From positions 27,699 to 59,633 of the forward strand of contig PSMU01000006.1 in assembly GCA_040290255.1 (NCBI GenBank): DNA of 31,935 nt, written 5' to 3'. The notes below the pieces were generated by a model. The model was not told the origin of the DNA. It worked only from the letters and a program-made list of their open reading frames with translations, and searched no databases. The translations under genes and the position numbers were made by a program. How positions within the stretch are numbered: position 1 is the stretch's first letter; every line of letters begins with the position of its first letter. Below are positions 27,083 through 31,935 of this stretch, piece by piece. Source of the stretch: Nitrososphaerota archaeon (GTDB lineage Archaea; Thermoproteota; Nitrososphaeria; PSMU01).

Positions 27083-27939
27083 GTGAGGGGGCTCTTTGGT
27101 CTAAAGTATTCGATTAATGGTGTTGTGGTCGGGGATACTGTGAGTTTCAGGCCCCTAAGGGACTGTGCGCTCAGGGGGATCAGGGTTTCTTGGAGGGGTG
27201 TCGCTTTTGGGCGGTCACCCGCTACGGTGAGCTGGCATCGGACGGCCTATCGCTCTTCGCCGTTTTTGGCGGAGGAGGATATGGAGCGCATGTATCCCTT
27301 CAAGGATTTGGATGCTAGGGTTGTCGCCGACATCGGGGGCTTCCCCGGGAGACCGCCTTCATGTTTCTGGCCATGGGTGCGAGGAACGTCCACGTATACG
27401 AGCCGCTCTACTTTCGCTGTGTGAGCTGAATGCCGGTGTGAATCGGACCGAAGCCAGGATGATAGTCCATCCCTATGGTTCTGGCGAGAAGAGCGTAGGA
27501 GAGAGATCGAGGAGGATGGTGAGAGCGGCCTCCATGTGGGCCCACATATGGTCTCGCTAAAGCCCCTGAGGGAAGCAATTCTGGAGTGCGGGCCGGACCT
27601 GGTGAAGATGGACTCCCAACGGGGCGAATACGCCCTGCTCCTCACCGAGAGCGAGATGATCAGGAAATGCGCACTGTTCACGCGTGAACAGGCGCTGTTG
27701 CATACCCGCTCCCCCCAGTATAGCCATTCTCGCTACTGCAAGGCTAACCTCTCCTAATGCTTCTGCGCAAACCACTGTCCATATCGCGAACCGCGAGCGC
27801 AGGCGCCGGCTCCTGGGCAGAGCCGGAGGAGTACATAATAGAGGTTCACGGCTCGGAGGCGCCTATAGTCCATAGGATGGAGAAGGCCGGCTTCAAGGGG
27901 GAGCGGGTCGCCTACCTGGGCTCGCTCCTATCCATCTGA
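27083..27939 (+). pseudogene. FkbM-like SAM-dependent methyltransferase, decayed and interrupted
   Basis: Fragments across frames: VVADIGGFPG/ETAFMFLAMGARNVHVYEP, DLVKMDSQRGEYALL, EYIIEVHG...MEKAGF. Confidence 0.75.
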
Positions 27940-28093
27940 CACTTCCGGCGCCTGGGGGAGGGGGCAGGAAACTAGCCCCACGCCTCCTCCTACACGGTCT
28001 CAGAGAGAACACACCCTTCAACTGTAGGAGTACTTCAGATGTGGACCTGACAGACTTAAAAATTGAGGGCGCAAGCTTAGTTCTGGTGCACTG

Positions 28094-28460
28094 ATGGGCT
28101 TTACATACGTGGGCGTCATAGTTCACGGGTTGAGGGGGCGAAGGCCATCGAGATGCTCACAGACACGGGCTCTACATACATCGTCATGGGGCCGGACATG
28201 ATCAGGGAGCTGGGGCTCATAGAAACCCCATACAAAGTTAAGCTGACCCTGGCGGATAGATGGGCTGTGGAGGCAAGGCTCTTCCTAGCCGAGGTAGAGG
28301 TGGGTGGAAGGAGGGGGCCTACACTCATAGCGGAACTTGATACGCCAAAGCCCCTCCTTGGAGTCCATGCCTTGGAAACACTTGGATTCAAGGTGGATCA
28401 GAAAGGGGGAAGCTGGAGGAGATAGCGCCCGAAGGGGGATATCTGTTAAGGGCCCATTGA
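28094..28460 (+). pseudogene. Clan AA aspartic protease, frameshifted
   Basis: MGFTYV.../MLTDTGSTYIVM...LADR...LLGVHALETLGFKVD/KLEEIAPEGGYLL*; shifts in G-runs near 28135 and 28405. Confidence 0.82.
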
Positions 28461-28574
28461 GATAGGCTCATATAAGGCGTCGCGTCTATCCGTCAAAATC
28501 GATCTTCCCTCCGTTGAAGTATGCCGAGAACGCTTTATACCCGGGGCGGCCGCCCTACACACCCTATAAGATCA

Positions 28575-28888
28575 TCAGCTCTAGCGGCGTTAGTTTTCCG
28601 GTGACAGGATCCACTGTAGGCCTAATAGCTCTAGGGTTGTTGAGGCAGGGCCTCGGGGATACCGTACCTACTGGGAACCATGGAGCTCACAATCAAGAAG
28701 AGGGGGACCTGCTCTACCTAGAAAGCAGGGACAGATACACTGAGTAGGTGCTGCCCCTGATACCTGAGAAGCTGGAGGACGACCACACCCTCTTCTACGC
28801 CCTCGTGGGGGGAGTTAGGCACACGGCCGAGTTCACCATCAAAGGCCATGGCACCGAACCGCTCTACGAGAGGTACAAACTAAACTGA
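28575..28888 (+). pseudogene. C-terminal remnant of a Pab87/CubicO-like serine hydrolase
   Basis: GYRTY/GTMELTIKKRG/DLLYLESRDRYTE*VLPLIPEKLEDDHTLFYALVGGVRHTAEFTIK...LYERYKL* resembles the Pab87 C-terminal domain as I recall it. Confidence 0.6.
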
Positions 28889-29045
28889 TGAAGATCTCGT
28901 AGTGGAAGATAGGAGGCCCGTTGATGCCTTCAAAAGACGAGCACCAGCATTGTGAGGGAGAAGCCACCCTCTACCCCTACAAGCGGTATCTGTAAGGCGT
29001 GTCTTCTTCGATGCTTGCATACTTCAAAATTACGCTCTCTGGAAT

Positions 29046-29552
29046 ATGCCATACTATCTCTCGGTTAAAGAGAAGCAGTTATGCGTCGGAAAGCTTGTGA
29101 AAGTTGCTCCGTGGTATAAGTACAGAGTTTATTCTGAAAATTACATCACTTCAGAAGCGGGGCGGTTCGAAACGGCAAACGGAAGATTGAGAACTGTTAT
29201 GGTACTGTCAAGCTACCTTGATATTCCTTTTTACAAGCTGCGGTATAATCTTCTGAGAGCACTGCAGAAAATAGCAGGGTTCGCTATTCAACCAGTCACG
29301 TTGACACCCTTCAACTATCCGGATAATGCGGCCAAATTCGTAAGGAAGGTCTTGGAGCCTTACTATCGAAGGGTCCCCCAAGAATATAGATATCTAGTCA
29401 TTACTTCATCAATAGCTCAGAGGGGAAAGAGATTCAATATAAATTTCATTCAAAGCCAAGTTATGTATATTATGGGAAAGACGCAAAGAAATTCTTCGTC
29501 GATACGAAGGAAGACCGAATACCTGATTCTTATCTTGAAATCATGGACTTAG
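29046..29552 (+). CDS. Hypothetical protein (possibly frameshifted near 29480, extending to about 29652)
   Basis: 168-codon ORF in AT-rich DNA; no motif recognised. Confidence 0.4.
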   Translation: MPYYLSVKEKQLCVGKLVKVAPWYKYRVYSENYITSEAGRFETANGRLRTVMVLSSYLDIPFYKLRYNLLRALQKIAGFAIQPVTLTPFNYPDNAAKFVRKVLEPYYRRVPQEYRYLVITSSIAQRGKRFNINFIQSQVMYIMGKTQRNSSSIRRKTEYLILILKSWT

Positions 29553-29621
29553 CCGCTGAGGAAGGCTTTTCCAGGATTCGTACAAACAGAGTAGAACTGA
29601 TGAGTCTTGTTCTGAGGTTCC

Positions 29622-30715
29622 TCAATATTCCTGCTTCAGGTCTTCCAGAATGATTTTTACAATCCTTTCAGAAGTTTTGCCGTCTCCAAATGGATTCGTC
29701 CAGTTCGGTTGAACAACCAGCATCTTTCTGGCTGCGTTCAGAATATCGGTCGGTTTAGTCCCTGCAAGGATGTTTGCCCCCTCCTTTAACGTCTCGGGCC
29801 TTTCTGTATTATATCACAATGTTACGCAAGGCACTTTCAGAATGCAGCATTCTTCTTGTACACCTCCAGAATCAGTCATGACCAGCTTAGCATTTTCTTC
29901 TAAGCAAAGAAAATCAAAGAAACCAAGTGGCTTTATTGCCTCTATTGAATCATTCAGCTTAATCCCGAACTCCTTGATCCTGGTCAGAGTTCTGGGGTGC
30001 ACGGGAAATACGATCTTGTAACCAAATTCCCTTATCAGATGACCCAAAGCGTAAATGATATCCTTTAGCCTTTCTATGTTGTCAACATTCTCTTGTCCGT
30101 GCAAAGTGGTGACGATATACCCTTTAGGCACCAGATTAAGGTCTGCAATTATCTGACTCTTCTCTTTTGCCACTCTTGAATATTGATTGATGGCATCAAC
30201 AATGGTATTTCCTACTACGTAGACCTTCGATCTTTCTATTCCCTCTCTGAGCAGGTTACTCTTCGATATCGATGAGGGGCAAAAAGGTAATCTGAGATAT
30301 GGTCAACTAGCTTTCTGTTCACCTCCTCTGGCATTCGCATATCGAAGCTTCTGAGCCCAGCCTCGACATGCGCCACCTTTATGTTCAGTTTGGCAGCAGC
30401 AAGTGCTCCACCAAGAGTGCTGTTACTGTCACCCTGAACAAGGACTAATTTTGGCTGAAGCCTCGTCAGGATCTCTTCGACCTACACGAGTATCCTTGCT
30501 GTCTGCTCAGCATGCGCCCCCGACCCTACCTCAGGCCTGTATTCTGGCTTCTCAAGTTCCAGTTCCTCGAAGAATACAGCATCATCTCGTATGAATAATG
30601 TTGCCCCGTATGTATGACATCGAACTGCAAACGCCTTTCTTTTAGTATTTCGATCAAAGGAGTCAGTTTTATAATCTCTGGCCTGGTTCCAAGAACAATC
30701 GCTAGCAGATCTCCG
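29622..30715 (-). pseudogene. wecB: UDP-N-acetylglucosamine 2-epimerase (non-hydrolysing), disrupted
   Basis: [59 protein letters not shown]; several frameshifts and TGA at 29814-29816. Confidence 0.92.
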
Positions 30716-30800
30716 TCGCCTTATCCGAGATATCTTCACACCCCTCATAACCGAGTATAAATATGAAACAAAATCCATTAGCCTCAAGGAAAGTCTATGC

Positions 30801-31706
30801 TCACTCTCCTCGTTCATTAAGTATTTGTGAATAAATTTCTTTCAAGATTAACGCTACTTTCCTTGAGTCGTGCTTCTCAACAACGTAATTCCTATTGCTC
30901 TTCCCTACCGACTTCACCTGGGATGGGTCTGAGAGTTTAGCAACAATCTCCTCCAGATTTCCTCTGTGCCTGTAGTCTATCGTTGCCAGTCCAACACTCA
31001 TACTCTCGAGAGCAGTCTTTGAAAACGAGGGTATTGAAAACTGGTCGACGAATATATCGTAGTTTGAAAGGAAAGATGGCATGTCACTGTAGGGTATGTT
31101 TTTTTCATGTATCTCCAATTCTATTCCGTATTTTTTCATCAACTTCACAACCTCTTCGGGGAGCTTTTCATAATTACGCTTGAAGTAAAGCGCTTTCGGC
31201 CTTTCATTATAGTGATTCTTGAATGCGAATCTGAGTGTGTCGACAGGAGTAGGCAAGTAAACGGCATCAGGCCTCCAATCTTTTATTATAACCCCAAGGT
31301 CAGGGGTGGCGTAGAGCACCTTCGTCGCATTTTTCAAATTCCTTTTTACAATCCATCCTAGCTTTGAATGTAACGTTGACCTCACGTCCGAGCCGTGCAC
31401 ATGCAGAATATCCAGTCTTCTTTTCAAAAGGTTCGTAAGGAATGCATCCTGAAGAGCATAATTAACATGATAAATATCTCCTTTTGAAAATGCTATCTTG
31501 ATTGCAATACCAAGCGTCTTTGAATAGAGATTTCTTGTCCTTTTTATGAAGGTTATGTCATAATACTTCGAAAGATGAGGGATAAGGTCTTCCATTACGT
31601 GCGCACAGTCGTTTACTACGACCAGCCTGTGATCCTTCTTCCCTGTTTCTTTCCCGTCTTTCATGATTCTAGCATCAACAATAACCTCTATTATATATTG
31701 CGCCAA
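30801..31706 (-). CDS. GT4-like glycosyltransferase
   Basis: HVHGSDVR, YLPTPVDT, DIFVDQF, TALESMSVG, NRNYVVEKHD. Confidence 0.88.
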   Translation of the reverse strand: MAQYIIEVIVDARIMKDGKETGKKDHRLVVVNDCAHVMEDLIPHLSKYYDITFIKRTRNLYSKTLGIAIKIAFSKGDIYHVNYALQDAFLTNLLKRRLDILHVHGSDVRSTLHSKLGWIVKRNLKNATKVLYATPDLGVIIKDWRPDAVYLPTPVDTLRFAFKNHYNERPKALYFKRNYEKLPEEVVKLMKKYGIELEIHEKNIPYSDMPSFLSNYDIFVDQFSIPSFSKTALESMSVGLATIDYRHRGNLEEIVAKLSDPSQVKSVGKSNRNYVVEKHDSRKVALILKEIYSQILNERGE

Positions 31707-31760
31707 TTACTTGTTAACCACGCTGTTTGTTTATACACATGTCAATAGAAACCAGACTGG

Positions 31761-31862
31761 ATGGGAGAATCAGAATCTTCAAATAGAGATGAAGAAATGA
31801 AGAAGGTAGCTGTTGTCGGAGCAGGAAGGGTAGGTTCAACCAAAGCTGCAGCATGGTTCAGA
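31761..31862 (+). pseudogene. N-terminal fragment of an NAD(P)-binding (Rossmann) dehydrogenase
   Basis: MKKVAVVGAGRVGST (GxGxxG); similarity is lost where composition switches back to high GC near 31862. Confidence 0.55.
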
Positions 31863-31935
31863 GCCTTAGAAAGAAGCCCTTGGTGGGCTCCAGCACCACC
31901 CCCAGCCTCCTCCTCACCTGGTCGGGCTCCTTCAC

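Noticed and set aside
29597-29615. CTGATGA...CTGA as C/D-box sRNA or hammerhead core (also CTGATGA near 28885)
   Set aside because: Guide too short, no second box pair, and no GAAA with supporting stems.
1-31935. CRISPR array, rRNA, transposase or integrase
   Set aside because: No regularly spaced repeats, rRNA-like sequence or recombinase motifs seen.

Overview
High-GC archaeal chromosomal region (TACK-like, plausibly a thermophilic Nitrososphaerota/Aigarchaeota-type organism; inferred from tRNA style, a BHB intron, TATA-driven mostly leaderless genes, AsnA, TrpB2 and DUF2116). The core part carries five tRNAs (Leu-CAG, Phe-GAA, Ile-GAT with a 19-nt intron at non-canonical position 43/44, Val-GAC, Gly-GCC), glycerate 2-kinase, class II HMG-CoA reductase, peroxiredoxin, a flippase, a phytoene-desaturase-like oxidoreductase, an Lrp/asnA divergon, an ABC exporter and glycosyltransferases. 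Accessory parts are a 2.4-kb lower-GC, integrase-less island bounded by a 58-bp tRNA-Leu direct repeat (DUF1059, broken PolX-PHP, broken SDR), two wHTH-MNT/HEPN pairs, an RHH/PIN pair, two broken retropepsin-like proteases and a decaying lower-GC surface-glycan island. About a dozen pseudogenes are visible. The best candidates for a little-described system are (i) a membrane protein + wHTH regulator + oxidase-subunit-I-like membrane protein with an upstream inverted repeat and (ii) the wHTH-fused MNT/HEPN modules. All family calls come from motif recognition by eye; no searches were run.
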